Source: an uncultured Actinomycetota bacterium
Lineage (GTDB): Bacteria; Actinomycetota; Humimicrobiia; Humimicrobiales; Humimicrobiaceae
Direction of reading: 5' to 3'
NCBI GenBank assembly: GCA_964578625.1
Contig: CAZODQ010000002.1
Coordinates: 22,036-86,035, forward strand
DNA length: 64,000 bases
Under the pieces are notes generated by a model that saw nothing but the letters and a program-made list of their open reading frames with translations, was not told the origin of the DNA and searched no databases. Both the position numbers and the translations under genes were made by a program. Below, in pieces: positions 10,225 to 21,962 of this stretch (position 1 is the first letter of the stretch; the number at the start of each line of letters is the position of its first letter).

Positions 10225-10827
10225 CTAATCATTTTTTCTCACATTATTTTCCTTTACGTAATCAAGCGGCGGCAGGTCTTTGATACTTTCTATGCCTAAA
10301 AGCTCCAGGAATCTATCTGTAGTTTTATATAAAAGCGGGTTTCCGGGTTCCTTAAGTTTTCCCGCTTCCTTTATTAGCCCTTTATCTACTAGTGTCAATA
10401 TTACACTGTCTGTTCTTACACCCCTTATCTCTGCAACCTGTGTCCTGGTAACAGGCTGCCTGTAGGATATTATTGCCAGGGTTTCAAGTGCAGCCTGCGA
10501 GAGATGTGTACGTATATTTGACTTAACAAACTTTGCTATTACCTCATTTAATGCAGGATTCGAATATAATCTAAAACCACCTGCCACTCTTTTAAGAATA
10601 AAACCTCTATTTTTATCAATATATTCTTTTTCTAATAGTTCTACTATCTCATATACTTTTTTTTCTTTAATTTCCAGAACAGAAGATATTTCACTTGCTT
10701 TTACTATTCCTTCAGATATAAAAAGTATGCCTTCTATGCATGATTTTATCCATTGGTCTTCCTTATAAAAATCTGTATTTATTTTTTTTTTACTCATGCC
10801 TGTCTTATCTCTGCCCTTACTCATCAC
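10225..10827 (-). CDS. scpB: Segregation and condensation protein B
   Basis: 200 aa with EGILFISEGIV, LSQAALETLAIISYRQPVTRTQVAEIRGV. Directly downstream of scpA. Confidence 0.9.
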   Translation of the reverse strand: MMSKGRDKTGMSKKKINTDFYKEDQWIKSCIEGILFISEGIVKASEISSVLEIKEKKVYEIVELLEKEYIDKNRGFILKRVAGGFRLYSNPALNEVIAKFVKSNIRTHLSQAALETLAIISYRQPVTRTQVAEIRGVRTDSVILTLVDKGLIKEAGKLKEPGNPLLYKTTDRFLELLGIESIKDLPPLDYVKENNVRKND

Positions 10828-10834
10828 ATTATTA

Positions 10835-11578
10835 TCAGATCTTTTTTATTATGATATTTCCGAAATTTTCAAACTGTAAAATATCAATAGCTTCTTTTTT
10901 ATAAAGCTCTAAGATAGACAAAAAACTTACTATTTTATCAATAATCCTGTTATATTTTAATGTGAGTTCCCTAAAAGTAATATTATCTCTGGAATCTAAT
11001 ATTTTACTTATCCTTTTCATTTCTTCAAATATATTTATACTTATCCTCTTATAATACAGATCGTTTAAATTAAATACTTCTTCATTATATTTAATAAGTT
11101 TCGATGCTATGGAGCACAACTCTTTTATATTTATATTCTTTGTAAAATCAGGAAACATTTTTAAAAACTTATCTTCTACAGGTGCTTCCCTTATAAAATA
11201 TAAAGCCTCTCTTTCATAAAGGCTTTTAAAATAATTTGAAAATTTCTTAAAAATTCTGTACTCTTCTTCTCTCTGTTTTAATATATCAATACCAGCTCCG
11301 TTTTTTTCATCAATAATGGTATCTTTCTTTGAAGGAAGCAGTGACCTTGATTTTATCTCCATTAAAATAGAAGCAGTGTAAATAAACCCTGAAAGTACAT
11401 CAAATAATATGTTCTTATTTATTTTTATATAGTCAACGAAGTCGCTGGTTATAGTGCTTAAACTTATCTCATAAATATCTTCTTTTTTCTTCTGAACTAA
11501 CTCTAAAAGCAGATATATTGGCCCTTTAAATTTTTTATATTCTAATAAATAATCTTTACTTTCTATACATTTTCTCAA
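10835..11578 (-). CDS. scpA: Segregation and condensation protein A (kleisin)
   Basis: 247 aa with FKGPIYLLLELVQKKKEDIYEISLSTIT N-terminus typical of ScpA. Paired with scpB. Confidence 0.9.
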   Translation of the reverse strand: MRKCIESKDYLLEYKKFKGPIYLLLELVQKKKEDIYEISLSTITSDFVDYIKINKNILFDVLSGFIYTASILMEIKSRSLLPSKKDTIIDEKNGAGIDILKQREEEYRIFKKFSNYFKSLYEREALYFIREAPVEDKFLKMFPDFTKNINIKELCSIASKLIKYNEEVFNLNDLYYKRISINIFEEMKRISKILDSRDNITFRELTLKYNRIIDKIVSFLSILELYKKEAIDILQFENFGNIIIKKI

Positions 11579-11579
11579 T

Positions 11580-12560
11580 CTAATCTATACCCATCTTTTT
11601 TCTTACATCAGATATTGTTTTTTCTGCAATCTTTATTACTTGCCTTTTACCATCTTCAAGTATTCCATAAATATAATTTAAATCTTTTTTAATATCATTC
11701 CTTCTTTCCTGAAATTCTTTCAATGATTCAAATATAGCCTTTGATAGCTCATCTTTACATTCGTTACATCCTATCTTTCCATCCCTGCATCTGCGTTCTA
11801 TATTTTTTATTTCTTTTTCCCTGTAAATTTTATAAAAATTAAAAATTTTACACACATCTGGATGCCCCGGATCTTTAAGATGTATCCTTTCTGGATCAGT
11901 TATCATCATTCTTACTTTTTTACTAATAGTCTTAAAATCATCTGATAAAAATATGGCATTGTTATAGCTTTTAGACATCTTTCTGCCGTCTATTCCTAAA
12001 AGTCTGGTTGATTTTGAAAGCATCTCTTTCGGCTCGGTAAAATAATCACCATATAAATAATTAAATCTGCGCGCAATTTCTCTTGTGATTTCAAGATGTG
12101 GCAGCTGGTCCTCTCCTACAGGTATTATATCTGAATTCACTATAAGTATATCTGCTGCCATAAGTACTGGATATTCTAAGAATCCCAGAGTCGATAGGTC
12201 TTTCGATTTCAATTCCTTCATCTGTTCTTTATAAGTCGGGCATCTTTCCAGCCATGAAAGAGGTGTTATCATTGAAAAATATAAAGTCAATTCGGAGATT
12301 TGTGGAATATCGGACTGCCTGTATATATGAGTCAGATCTGGATCAATTCCCAGTGCCACTAAATCAATGACACACTCAATTAAGTCGGATTTTATATTCT
12401 TAGGATTTTGATATTCTGTTGACAATGCATGCCAATCAACTAAAAAGAAAAAATTTTCATATTTTTCCTGGTTTCTAATCATATTAATTATGTTCCCGTG
12501 CAGATGACCCAGATGTAATTTACCCGTAGGCCTGAAACCTGTAAGCATTTTCTTCTTCAT
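11580..12560 (-). CDS. trpS: Tryptophan--tRNA ligase
   Basis: 326 aa, class I signatures TGKLHLGH (HIGH) and KMSKS. Confidence 0.95.
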   Translation of the reverse strand: MKKKMLTGFRPTGKLHLGHLHGNIINMIRNQEKYENFFFLVDWHALSTEYQNPKNIKSDLIECVIDLVALGIDPDLTHIYRQSDIPQISELTLYFSMITPLSWLERCPTYKEQMKELKSKDLSTLGFLEYPVLMAADILIVNSDIIPVGEDQLPHLEITREIARRFNYLYGDYFTEPKEMLSKSTRLLGIDGRKMSKSYNNAIFLSDDFKTISKKVRMMITDPERIHLKDPGHPDVCKIFNFYKIYREKEIKNIERRCRDGKIGCNECKDELSKAIFESLKEFQERRNDIKKDLNYIYGILEDGKRQVIKIAEKTISDVRKKMGID

Positions 12561-12587
12561 TTATTCGATCTCCCTGTTTATACTCAG

Positions 12588-13286
12588 CTAAAAATTTAAA
12601 TACTGCCACCATATACAGCCATTATAAATAAAATTAAATACCGGAGATATAATATTCCAGAATATTCTTCCACCTAAAAATAAAAACAAAAAAATAAATA
12701 TGAATCCATACCTTCCAAAACTCAGGTATCTGAACATAGCTTCATCCGGGAGGAAAGAAGCTACTATCTTTGAGCCGTCAAGAGGAGGTATCGGTATAAA
12801 ATTAAATATTGCAAGAAAAATATTTATAAATATAGCGCCCTGAAAGATTTGACTTATAATATTACTATCTAACATCTTTTGGCCGCCTGTTACCTTAAGA
12901 AATATATAAAAAATAAGACCGTATAATAAACCTACCGCAAAAGCAAAAATAAGATTTGCAAGAGGGCCGGCAATTGATGTATAACGAAGGCCCTTTCTAT
13001 AATTTCTAAAATAGCCTGGATTTATAGGCACAGGTTTAGCATAGCCAAAAACAATTCCTGAGTTTATCAGTATCAGCAGCAAGGGTAGGAGAATACTTCC
13101 GAATAAATCTATATGGACAATAGGATTCAAAGTAAGCCTGCCCATGTTTTTTGCAGTTGAATCGCCGTTCTTATAGGCTATAAATCCGTGAGCATATTCA
13201 TGTATGACTACGCCCATAATTAGCCCTGGCGCCCATATGACCAGCTGCCTTAAAAAAATCAGTATCGACTGTCCTAAACTTGCCAT
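12588..13286 (-). CDS. Site-2 protease family (M50) membrane metalloprotease
   Basis: 232 aa, multi-pass, HExxH motif VIHEYAHGF and downstream NFIPIPPLDGSK. Confidence 0.85.
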   Translation of the reverse strand: MASLGQSILIFLRQLVIWAPGLIMGVVIHEYAHGFIAYKNGDSTAKNMGRLTLNPIVHIDLFGSILLPLLLILINSGIVFGYAKPVPINPGYFRNYRKGLRYTSIAGPLANLIFAFAVGLLYGLIFYIFLKVTGGQKMLDSNIISQIFQGAIFINIFLAIFNFIPIPPLDGSKIVASFLPDEAMFRYLSFGRYGFIFIFLFLFLGGRIFWNIISPVFNFIYNGCIWWQYLNF

Positions 13287-13407
13287 CTAATCTAACCTCT
13301 TATTCTTTGACCATATACCATATCAAAATCTATTAAATTTGCAAATATTATTCTATAACTCACTTAAAGATTTAAAAATATATCCAGGTTATACTTTTTA
13401 TTTAACG

Positions 13408-14325
13408 TTATTGCCTTTCTCTGGGATGATACTTAAAATATACTTCTTTTATATGATCTTTATTTAAACTTGTATAAATCTCAGTAGTCGAGATGCTACT
13501 GTGGCCGAGGAGTTCCTGCACAGTCTTTAAATCTGCCCCCATCTGAAGCATATGGGTAGCAAAACTATGTCTGAAAATATGAGGATATATGTTTTTATTA
13601 AGATTTATTCTTCCTGCATACTTTTTTAATATCTTCCAGAATCCCTGCCTGGTGATTTTATTCCCGTATTTATTTAAAAAGATATAATCAGATTTATGTT
13701 CCTTCTCGATCTTATATCTGCTTGTACTAATATATTTTTTTAAATATAATAAGCCTTTTTTGCCAACCGGTGTTATTCTCTCTTTATCACCTTTACCTAT
13801 GAACCTGATCATTTCTTCATCAAAATCAACATTCTGCAGCCTTAAATTTATTATCTCGCTTACTCTCAATCCGCAGGAATATATTAATTCAAACATAGAC
13901 TTATCCCTTAGTTCCAATTTTGTAGAGCATGGTATGCTTTCAAGAAATCTTTCAACCTCTTCTATGCTTAAAACCTGCAGCATCTTTTTTGGCCTTTTAG
14001 GATTACTTATCTGAATCCAGGGATTTTTCCTGCATATTCCCTCTCTTACCAAAAATTTATAAAAGCTTCTAAGTGTTGATAATATTCTTGAAATGGATGA
14101 TTCGGATTTATCTATATGTAAGAATTCAAGGAAATTTAATATCTGTTCCTTTTTAAAATCCTTGTAATTTATAATACTGCTTTCTTTCAAGAATATACAA
14201 AAAATTTTAAGATCTCTTTTGTAGGAATCTAAAGTGTTTGGAAGCAATAATTTTTCAAATCTCAAATATTCTAGATATTTATCTATACTATAGTTTATAT
14301 CTTTATTTTTTATCTTTTTTTCCAA
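13408..14325 (-). CDS. xerD: Site-specific tyrosine recombinase XerD/XerC type
   Basis: 305 aa with catalytic region HIFRHSFATHML ... LLGHSSISTTEIYT. N-terminal SAM-like domain. Sits next to a nudF-like gene as in Firmicutes chromosomes, and no flanking repeats were seen. Confidence 0.85.
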   Translation of the reverse strand: MEKKIKNKDINYSIDKYLEYLRFEKLLLPNTLDSYKRDLKIFCIFLKESSIINYKDFKKEQILNFLEFLHIDKSESSISRILSTLRSFYKFLVREGICRKNPWIQISNPKRPKKMLQVLSIEEVERFLESIPCSTKLELRDKSMFELIYSCGLRVSEIINLRLQNVDFDEEMIRFIGKGDKERITPVGKKGLLYLKKYISTSRYKIEKEHKSDYIFLNKYGNKITRQGFWKILKKYAGRINLNKNIYPHIFRHSFATHMLQMGADLKTVQELLGHSSISTTEIYTSLNKDHIKEVYFKYHPRERQ

Positions 14326-14869
14326 TTTTAAAATTTTTACTCAAATAATCCCTGGCCAGAAAAATTCCTATTATAGTCTTGGCATCTATAATCTTGCCTT
14401 CTTTTATAAGTGAAACAGTATTATCCAGATCCAGTTCATAAACATGTAAAAATTCGTCTTCATCTAAATTATTTTCTTTTCTTTCAAAATCTATTGCAAG
14501 ATAAAGATATAATATCTCATCACTGAATCCGGGCGATGTATAAAAGGATACGAGATGTATTAACTTACCCCCTACTGCTCCTATTTCTTCATGTAGTTCT
14601 CTGCTTGCACAGTCTACGGGATTTTCACCTTTATCGAGCTTTCCAGCCGGTATCTCCAGTAAAGTATTTTCTACGGGGTATCTGAACTGTTCTACCAGTA
14701 CTATTTCCTTTTTTTTATTTACAGGAACAATGCCTACAGCACCTGGGTGTGAAACTTTTTCTCTTGTGACAATTTTTTTGTTCGGAAGCATCACGTCATC
14801 AAGATACAGTTTTATTATTTTACCGCTAAAAATGCTTTTTGAATTTATCTTTTTCTCATATAATTCCAT
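14303..14869 (-). CDS. nudF: NUDIX hydrolase (ADP-ribose pyrophosphatase type)
   Basis: 188 aa with Nudix box GKLDKGENPVDCASRELHEEIG. Overlaps xerD by 23 nt. Confidence 0.85.
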   Translation of the reverse strand: MELYEKKINSKSIFSGKIIKLYLDDVMLPNKKIVTREKVSHPGAVGIVPVNKKKEIVLVEQFRYPVENTLLEIPAGKLDKGENPVDCASRELHEEIGAVGGKLIHLVSFYTSPGFSDEILYLYLAIDFERKENNLDEDEFLHVYELDLDNTVSLIKEGKIIDAKTIIGIFLARDYLSKNFKIGKKDKK

Positions 14870-16022
14870 TTTGATCTTTTAAAATTTTTTTATTATTCTG
14901 TTTGATAATAATTTTACATATATTTAGAACAAGTTCAGCAAGTTTTTCTAATTGTTTAATTTTTACAAATTCTTTACTTGAGTGGACGTTCTCCATTCCG
15001 GCACTAAGATTTACCGCTATCTTACCTTTTGCATTAAATATATTTATATCGCTTCCACCACCATAAGATATGATCTTTGTCTTTATATCCAATTTTTTTA
15101 TTGCACTTTTTGCTACTTTTACAGGTATTTCATTTTCATTAATTTTAAATCCGTTATATTCCCTTTTCACCTTATACTTTAATCCGGTACCGACATCAGA
15201 CGCACCTTTTTTTAGATTATTTATTATTTTTTTTGTTATCGTATTCAATTTTGATAATTTTAAACTTCTTGCCTCCATTTCCAGCTTCGTGTTTTCAGCA
15301 ACTATATTCGTAGCCACTCCACCTTCTATTTTGCCTACATTACATGTGCTTTCCTTATCTATTCTACCTACTTTCATATTTGAAATAGCCACGGAAGCAG
15401 CTTTAATGGAATTAATCCCTTTTTCAGGCTCTATTCCCGCATGTGCAGCTTTTCCTTTAAATTCAGCAAAAATAGAATTATGAAACGGTGCCCTATTTAT
15501 TATTGTTCCAATATCACCATCGCTGTCAAAAGCAAAACCATATTTTGCTTTCACCATTTCCATATTCATATTTTTTGCTCCCAGAACACCTATTTCTTCA
15601 GAAACCGTAAATATAATATAAATATCCCCTGTCGGAATATTTTTTTCCTTGATCACATTCAATATTTCTATAATAGCTGCTACTGCAACTTTATCATCAC
15701 CGCCTAATATAGAATCTTTATTCTTATTATATATTTTCCCGTTCTTTATTACCGGTATAATTTCCCCATCAACTTTTACTGTGTCAAGATGTGCCGTTAA
15801 AAAAATCGGAATGCTTCCCGATGGATTTTTGGTCCTGTAAATAGCTATAATGTTTCCTGCATTGCTGCCAAATTTCCTTCCGCATTTATCAATATTTACT
15901 TCAAGGCCTATACTTTTCAACTTGCTTTTTACATAAATGACTATTTCTTTTTCATTTTTTGACGGACTTTTTATACTTACCAGTTCCATGAATGTTTTTA
16001 AAAGTCGCTTTTTATTGATCAA
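14856..16022 (-). CDS. M20/M25/M40-family metallopeptidase (PepT-like)
   Basis: 388 aa with HLDTV, GGDDKVAVAAIIE and SEEIGVLGAK metal-ligand motifs. Confidence 0.8.
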   Translation of the reverse strand: MINKKRLLKTFMELVSIKSPSKNEKEIVIYVKSKLKSIGLEVNIDKCGRKFGSNAGNIIAIYRTKNPSGSIPIFLTAHLDTVKVDGEIIPVIKNGKIYNKNKDSILGGDDKVAVAAIIEILNVIKEKNIPTGDIYIIFTVSEEIGVLGAKNMNMEMVKAKYGFAFDSDGDIGTIINRAPFHNSIFAEFKGKAAHAGIEPEKGINSIKAASVAISNMKVGRIDKESTCNVGKIEGGVATNIVAENTKLEMEARSLKLSKLNTITKKIINNLKKGASDVGTGLKYKVKREYNGFKINENEIPVKVAKSAIKKLDIKTKIISYGGGSDINIFNAKGKIAVNLSAGMENVHSSKEFVKIKQLEKLAELVLNICKIIIKQNNKKILKDQNGII

Positions 16023-16029
16023 CTTACTA

Positions 16030-16794
16030 TCATCTCCCCGTTTTTAGTTGTTTCCTTAAAGTTTTATTATTTTTTATTTTATTCTTCTTCCTAAGTCTAT
16101 CAGTAATAATAAAAATTATACCTGCAGCAAGTATCACAACTGACAGTACAGCAGAACCCAGGATAATATTTTTAAAAAAATCATAAAAAAAGCCGAAAGG
16201 AAAAATAGTGATTATAAGTGATCCAGAGGGAAATGTATAATTTCCCTGCGGGAAAAATATCTCGTGGAAATTCTCAAATAGAACCGGGAAATTATTTCCC
16301 AGAAAATATAACAATAAAATAAAAAACAATACTACTACTGAAGAAATCATAAATAATATACTGAAGTTTTTAAAAAAATTACCGGTTTCTCTTTTTATTA
16401 TAAAAAAAGATAAGATAATAAATAAAACAATACTTGTACAGTATAAGATAAATATCTTTAAAAGCAGTGACCTTACATCTTTAAAATGATTTATTTCATC
16501 CGGGGTAAAGATTGGTACTACACTTATATTTTCATTACTAAATCTTACCCTTGTGTTATAATCAGATAGATCTAGTTCCGACTTATATTTAAAAAAATCA
16601 AAAATTTTTTCAGTGACATTTAAAACATCATTCTTATTTAAAATAGAAAATACGTCATTATTTTCATATAGATTTTCATAATAGTCTAAATTAAAGATAT
16701 AATAAGCAAGCGGTGTAAAAAAAATTATTATTATAAGAAAAACAGAATTTATAAAAATTAAGGTTTTTATTATCCAGCTGTCTTTAGGACTCAT
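16030..16794 (-). CDS. Integral membrane protein (TIGR01906/DUF1461-like, tentative)
   Basis: 254 aa, N-terminal TM plus a C-terminal cluster of TM segments. The family assignment comes from architecture only. Confidence 0.5.
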   Translation of the reverse strand: MSPKDSWIIKTLIFINSVFLIIIIFFTPLAYYIFNLDYYENLYENNDVFSILNKNDVLNVTEKIFDFFKYKSELDLSDYNTRVRFSNENISVVPIFTPDEINHFKDVRSLLLKIFILYCTSIVLFIILSFFIIKRETGNFFKNFSILFMISSVVVLFFILLLYFLGNNFPVLFENFHEIFFPQGNYTFPSGSLIITIFPFGFFYDFFKNIILGSAVLSVVILAAGIIFIITDRLRKKNKIKNNKTLRKQLKTGR

Positions 16795-16834
16795 ATTTTA
16801 CAATTATGAAATTAAAATCTACTATTATTCTGCT

Positions 16835-18469
16835 TTATATTATAGACCTGTTTCCCCTTTTCGAATCTGAATACTTTATTGAAGCATTTATAAAATCTCT
16901 GAATAAAGGATGAGGCCTATCCGGTCTGGATTTAAATTCAGGGTGGAATTGTACTGCAACAAACCATGGGTGTTTCTTTATCTCTACAATTTCTGCTAAA
17001 TTCTTTTCCGGGTTGATACCAGTTATTACAAGACCGTTTTTTTCTAGTATATCTACATAGTCATTATTCAATTCATATCTGTGTCTATGTCTTTCAAAAA
17101 TGATTTTCTTCCTGTAAGCTTTAAAGGCTTTGGAATCATCTTTCAATCTGCATTTATATTTTCCCAGCCTCATAGTCCCACCCATATCTTTTATGTTTTC
17201 CTGCTCATGCATCAGACAGATTACAGGATCTTTTGTTTCTTGATTAAATTCAGTACTATCAGCATCTTTTAGGCCTAAAACGTTTCTGCTGAACTCAACT
17301 ACTGCACACTGCATGCCCAAACATATTCCTAAAAATGGTATCTTCTTCTCTCTTGCACACTTTATCGCATTAATCTTTCCGTCTATCCCTCTGGCTCCAA
17401 ATCCGTAAGGAACCAGTATTCCATCCATATCAAATAGTATATGATCATCGGGACAATTTTCACTTATTGACTCGGAATTTATCCAGTTTAAATTTACATT
17501 TCTCTTGAAGTAGTAACCGCCATGATTTAATGATTCCACAATACTTATATAAGCATCCTTTAAATGAGTATACTTACCCACTATTCCAATTTCCACCTTA
17601 CCGGTAAGGTTATTTATTGCATTTACTATTCTTTCCCAGCTTTTAAGGTCAGATTTTCTTTTCTTCAGTTTTAATTTCGAAAGTACTCTCAAATCAAGTT
17701 TTTCCTTTTTCAACATCAGAGGCACTTTATAAATATGTTCAACATCAATTGCTTCTATAGTATCTTCTTTCTCAATATCGCAGAACAGGCTTATTTTGCT
17801 TTTTATACTGTCAGTTAATTTGGTTTCACTTCTACAGATTATTATATCCGGCTGAATACCTATACTTCTAAGTTCTTTGACACTATGTTGCGTTGGTTTT
17901 GATTTTAATTCTTCCGTAGTTTTTAAATATGGTACATAAGTCACATGTATGTAAAGAACATTTTCTTTCCCCACATCCTTCCTGAACTGCCTTATTGCTT
18001 CTAAAAATGGAAGGCTTTCTATATCCCCTACAGTCCCACCTATTTCAGTAATAACTATATCAGTTTTTCTCCTTGTCAATGTCTTCCTGATACTTTCCTT
18101 TATTTCATCTGTTATATGCGGAATTACCTGGACTGTAGACCCAAGAAACTTTCCTTTTCTCTCATCATCAATAACATTTTTATAGATTTTTCCTGAAGTA
18201 AAATTATTATATTTAGAAAGATCTTCATCAATAAATCTTTCATAATGACCCAAGTCAAGGTCAGTTTCTCCTCCATCATCTGTTACAAATACTTCTCCGT
18301 GCTGCAGAGGGTTCATTGTCCCCGGATCAATATTTATATACGGATCAAATTTTTGGATAGTAATGCTGTAACCGCTTGATTTTAAAAGTCTTCCCAAAGA
18401 TGCCGCGCATATACCTTTTCCCAGTGAAGACATTACTCCTCCTGTCACAAAAATAAATTTAGTTTTCAA
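16835..18469 (-). CDS. pyrG: CTP synthase
   Basis: 544 aa with [19 protein letters not shown] and the glutamine amidotransferase motif GICLGMQ. Confidence 0.97.
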   Translation of the reverse strand: MKTKFIFVTGGVMSSLGKGICAASLGRLLKSSGYSITIQKFDPYINIDPGTMNPLQHGEVFVTDDGGETDLDLGHYERFIDEDLSKYNNFTSGKIYKNVIDDERKGKFLGSTVQVIPHITDEIKESIRKTLTRRKTDIVITEIGGTVGDIESLPFLEAIRQFRKDVGKENVLYIHVTYVPYLKTTEELKSKPTQHSVKELRSIGIQPDIIICRSETKLTDSIKSKISLFCDIEKEDTIEAIDVEHIYKVPLMLKKEKLDLRVLSKLKLKKRKSDLKSWERIVNAINNLTGKVEIGIVGKYTHLKDAYISIVESLNHGGYYFKRNVNLNWINSESISENCPDDHILFDMDGILVPYGFGARGIDGKINAIKCAREKKIPFLGICLGMQCAVVEFSRNVLGLKDADSTEFNQETKDPVICLMHEQENIKDMGGTMRLGKYKCRLKDDSKAFKAYRKKIIFERHRHRYELNNDYVDILEKNGLVITGINPEKNLAEIVEIKKHPWFVAVQFHPEFKSRPDRPHPLFRDFINASIKYSDSKRGNRSII

Positions 18470-20228
18470 CTTTTATCTTCCCCTCTGTCAAATCACTTTT
18501 GATTGTATTACATTTTTCCATAAGTTCTTCTGCATGCATAACGGAAATATCGCTGTCTTTCATTCCGCTTATCATCCTGGATATCTCTTTTATTTTATCT
18601 TTTGAATCCAATCTTTTAATTCTTATTTTTGTTCTGCTTCCTTCTACAAATTTATCAATAAAGTAATGGAAATCAGAAAAACATGCTATTTGCGCCAGAT
18701 GGGTAATAGCTATTATCTGGCAGCTTTTGGATATCTTATAAAGCTTCTCACCTACTACTAGTGCAGTCTCTCCTCCAATTCCTATATCTATTTCATCGAA
18801 TATCATAGTAGTAATGTTATCAACAGAACCTATTACCGATTTTATGGCAAGCATAATCCTTGATATTTCACCACCCGAAGCAATTTTATTAAGCGGTCTT
18901 ACAGCTTCTCCTATATTAAGGGATATCAGGAATTCTATATCATCTATTCCGTTTTTTGTTAACTTTGTTTTTTTACCTTCTATTTCCAGGCCGTCATTAT
19001 CTTCCAATAATCTATACTGCGGTTCAAACAATACAGATTTAAAACCAAGGTCCGCCATTTCACTTACTACCTCTTTTTTTAGATCATCTATAGTCTCTTT
19101 CCTTGATTCACTTAATATTATAGCTTTTTCTATTAAAATTCCTCTTACTCTATTATACTCTGTCTTCTTTTTTTCAATTTCACTATCTAAATCTTCAAAA
19201 CTCTCAATTTCTTCTTTTAATTTCCTTGCGTGCTCATTGATTAAATTCAAATCCAGATTATATTTCTTTTTTATTTCCGATAATTTATAGAGTCTTTCCT
19301 GAATACTGTCCAATCTCTCTTCGCTGAATTCAAAATCAGCAAGATAACTGTTTAAATAATGGCTTATTTCTTCAAAAAGATTTACCGTTGAAGAAAGTTT
19401 TCCACTAAAACTTTTAAACTTATTGTCTATTTCAGACAATTCATTAATATTTTTATCCAGAACAGCCGCATTATCAATCAATGAAGGTACATCATCCTGG
19501 TCACTTTCCATTATCTTTTTACATTCCGCAGCAAGCCGGTAAATCTTTTCATAATTTTTAAGAACCCTCATTTCATTTTCTAAAATTTCTTCCTCATTTT
19601 CCTTGATATCCAATTTCCTGATTTCTTCATATCTATAATTCAGATCTTTTAACTTTTCTTCTCTTATATTTTTTAAATTCTTTAATTTTAAAAATTCTTC
19701 TTTCCTTTTATTGTATAGTTCTAAAATCTCAGAGTATTCCCGTTTCGCATCTGAAATTATGTCTTTTCCAAATCTATCTATTATATCTATATGCGTTCTT
19801 GGTTCTAATAAATACTGGTGATCATGCTGTCCATGAATATCTACAAAAAACTCGCCTAATTTCTTTAAAGTAGAAACCTGGGTAAAAATTCCGTTAATAA
19901 AAGCTTTATTTTTACCTTTTCTGTTTACCTCTCTGGTTATTACTATATCATCGCAGGGATCTCCCTTATCAATTAAATTCTGGCATATCAAATAATCTAC
20001 AGCCATTGGATTATTTCTAAAATCAAAGTACCCTTGAACCAGCAATTTATCCTCACTGTCCCTGATTAAGTCATTTGCTGCCCGTTCACCGCTAAGTAGA
20101 TTGATCGCTTCAATAATAAGAGTTTTACCTGCACCTGTTTCACCAGTTAGGATATTAAGACCCTTCTGAAATATTAATTTAGCATCATCAATTATAGCAA
20201 AATTTTTTACCTGTAATTCTTTTAACAT
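18459..20228 (-). CDS. recN: DNA repair protein RecN
   Basis: 589 aa, Walker A GETGAGKT, long coiled-coil middle, C-terminal [12 protein letters not shown] signature and [10 protein letters not shown]. Confidence 0.95.
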   Translation of the reverse strand: MLKELQVKNFAIIDDAKLIFQKGLNILTGETGAGKTLIIEAINLLSGERAANDLIRDSEDKLLVQGYFDFRNNPMAVDYLICQNLIDKGDPCDDIVITREVNRKGKNKAFINGIFTQVSTLKKLGEFFVDIHGQHDHQYLLEPRTHIDIIDRFGKDIISDAKREYSEILELYNKRKEEFLKLKNLKNIREEKLKDLNYRYEEIRKLDIKENEEEILENEMRVLKNYEKIYRLAAECKKIMESDQDDVPSLIDNAAVLDKNINELSEIDNKFKSFSGKLSSTVNLFEEISHYLNSYLADFEFSEERLDSIQERLYKLSEIKKKYNLDLNLINEHARKLKEEIESFEDLDSEIEKKKTEYNRVRGILIEKAIILSESRKETIDDLKKEVVSEMADLGFKSVLFEPQYRLLEDNDGLEIEGKKTKLTKNGIDDIEFLISLNIGEAVRPLNKIASGGEISRIMLAIKSVIGSVDNITTMIFDEIDIGIGGETALVVGEKLYKISKSCQIIAITHLAQIACFSDFHYFIDKFVEGSRTKIRIKRLDSKDKIKEISRMISGMKDSDISVMHAEELMEKCNTIKSDLTEGKIKVEN

Positions 20229-20259
20229 ACCTTGATACTTATGTATTATCTAAAACTTT

Positions 20260-21129
20260 TTATATCCTCTCGATAAATTTTTCTTTAAATACCTTAAAAA
20301 ACATATCCTTATTGAAAGATACTAACTTTAATTTTAATTTTGATTTTTTAACTTTAAAGATACAACCCGGCTGAATATCGAATGATACTATCTTCCCATC
20401 AGCACCAATACAATCTTTATTATTTTTTGATTCAACTTTTATTTCAAGAACATTATCCGGACTTAAAATTATACTCCTGCTTAGTAAGGTATGGGGACAT
20501 ATTGGAGTTATAATTATGACCTCACTTCTAGGTTCTACTATTGGACCCCCCGCCGAAAGAGAGTAAGCTGTGGAACCAGTCGGGGTAGAGATAATTATTC
20601 CATCTGCTGTAAAACTTTTTATTGATATTTCATTAACCATTATTTCAAATTTTATAATTTTCCCGGTCATAGACCTGGTTATGGTAAATTCGTTTAGTAC
20701 TAAATAAGGCATAATAAGATTTTCTATCGCTTTTTTATCCTTAAAAAATCTTCCTTTTAAAAGCATTCTTTCTTCAATGCTAAAATCATTTTTTAAAACC
20801 CTATCTATAGCTTCATACATATTACAGGTGTCAATTACAGTTAAAAACCCAAGACTTCCGACATTAATCCCTAATACAGGTATTTCTCTTTCAAATGAGT
20901 ACTTAGAGGCTCTAAGAAAAGTCCCATCTCCTCCTACCGATAATATTACATCACTTTTTATACCAAATTCTTCTTCAGACACCGAAGGAAGAGAATAATG
21001 TTCCGGCATTTTATCGCTTTCTATCATAAGTACATTAATATCTTTTTTAATTAAATATTCATATATCTGATTGGCGACTTCTATTGCTTCCTGTTTTTCA
21101 TTATTTGAAACTATTCCAATATTTTTCAT
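20260..21129 (-). CDS. nadK: NAD kinase
   Basis: 289 aa with GGDGTFLRA and TPTGSTAYSLSAGGPIV motifs. Confidence 0.93.
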   Translation of the reverse strand: MKNIGIVSNNEKQEAIEVANQIYEYLIKKDINVLMIESDKMPEHYSLPSVSEEEFGIKSDVILSVGGDGTFLRASKYSFEREIPVLGINVGSLGFLTVIDTCNMYEAIDRVLKNDFSIEERMLLKGRFFKDKKAIENLIMPYLVLNEFTITRSMTGKIIKFEIMVNEISIKSFTADGIIISTPTGSTAYSLSAGGPIVEPRSEVIIITPICPHTLLSRSIILSPDNVLEIKVESKNNKDCIGADGKIVSFDIQPGCIFKVKKSKLKLKLVSFNKDMFFKVFKEKFIERI

Positions 21130-21141
21130 TTTTGGTACCTG

Positions 21142-21879
21142 TCACTGATTAAAATAATTATGGGCTCCGTCAACTATATCCTTGATTATTTTATCATAAT
21201 TTATAATATATTTAGCTCCCTTAAGACATTTTCTTAAAAAAATCCAGAACTCAATATTACCTTTTGCTCCTTTTATTTTTGAAAATGCAAAATCTACAAT
21301 CTTAACGGGGAATTTCATGATAAATTCAGTTATATCAAACAATACTTTATAATGCAGCTTTTTATCTCTTATTATACCCTTGTTCTCGACCTCATTTTTC
21401 TTAAGCTCGAATTGCGGTTTTACAAGTAAAAGTATTTCACCATTTTTATCAGTAAGTTCCAATATTTTGCTAAAAATTTTTTTTATGGAAATAAATGAAA
21501 CATCTACAACCGCGAAGTTTAAAATAAAAGGAATTTTTTCCATATTAAGATGACGGATATTTGTTCTTTCCAAAACAGTTACCCGGGGTGAATTTCTCAG
21601 TTCCCATGATAATTTTCCATACCCGACATCAATATCTAATATTTTATCCGCTCCGTTTTTCAAGAGGAAATCCGTAAATCCCCCGGTTGACGAACCTACA
21701 TCTATAGCCTTTTTCCCGCTGATACTGATCCCCAAATCCTTAAATGCTCCCTCAAGTTTCAAACCTCCCCTGGAAACATATGGATTTTTTGAAATTATCT
21801 TAATCTCAGAATCCTGATTTACAAATGTCCCCGGTTTTTCGATCACACTGCCTCCTACTTTTACTCTACCCTCCATCAA
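21142..21879 (-). CDS. tlyA: TlyA-family 16S/23S rRNA (cytidine-2'-O)-methyltransferase. The true start is probably upstream, near 21957 (see findings).
   Basis: FtsJ-like methyltransferase body with DVGSSTGGFTD. The track ORF starts at TTG-ATG inside the S4 domain, and the in-frame upstream codons encode the missing S4 N-terminus. Confidence 0.88.
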   Translation of the reverse strand: MMEGRVKVGGSVIEKPGTFVNQDSEIKIISKNPYVSRGGLKLEGAFKDLGISISGKKAIDVGSSTGGFTDFLLKNGADKILDIDVGYGKLSWELRNSPRVTVLERTNIRHLNMEKIPFILNFAVVDVSFISIKKIFSKILELTDKNGEILLLVKPQFELKKNEVENKGIIRDKKLHYKVLFDITEFIMKFPVKIVDFAFSKIKGAKGNIEFWIFLRKCLKGAKYIINYDKIIKDIVDGAHNYFNQ

Positions 21880-21962
21880 CAGTGCATTCGCTTCTTTTTC
21901 TGTATCAGCCAGTCCTTTCTTTAAAAGTATGTCATTGATTTTAATCTTTTTCTTAATGCTTA

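Noticed and set aside
12561-12587. T-box or other leaders upstream of trpS, and likewise upstream of hisS at 50043-50067
   Set aside because: The intergenic gaps are only about 25 nt, too short for any leader RNA. These synthetase genes are embedded in longer operons.
13408-14325. Tyrosine recombinase as a marker of an integrated mobile element
   Set aside because: It has the size and motifs of chromosomal XerC/XerD. It overlaps its nudF-like neighbour in a conserved arrangement, and no flanking direct repeats, tRNA target, phage genes or transposase genes are present.
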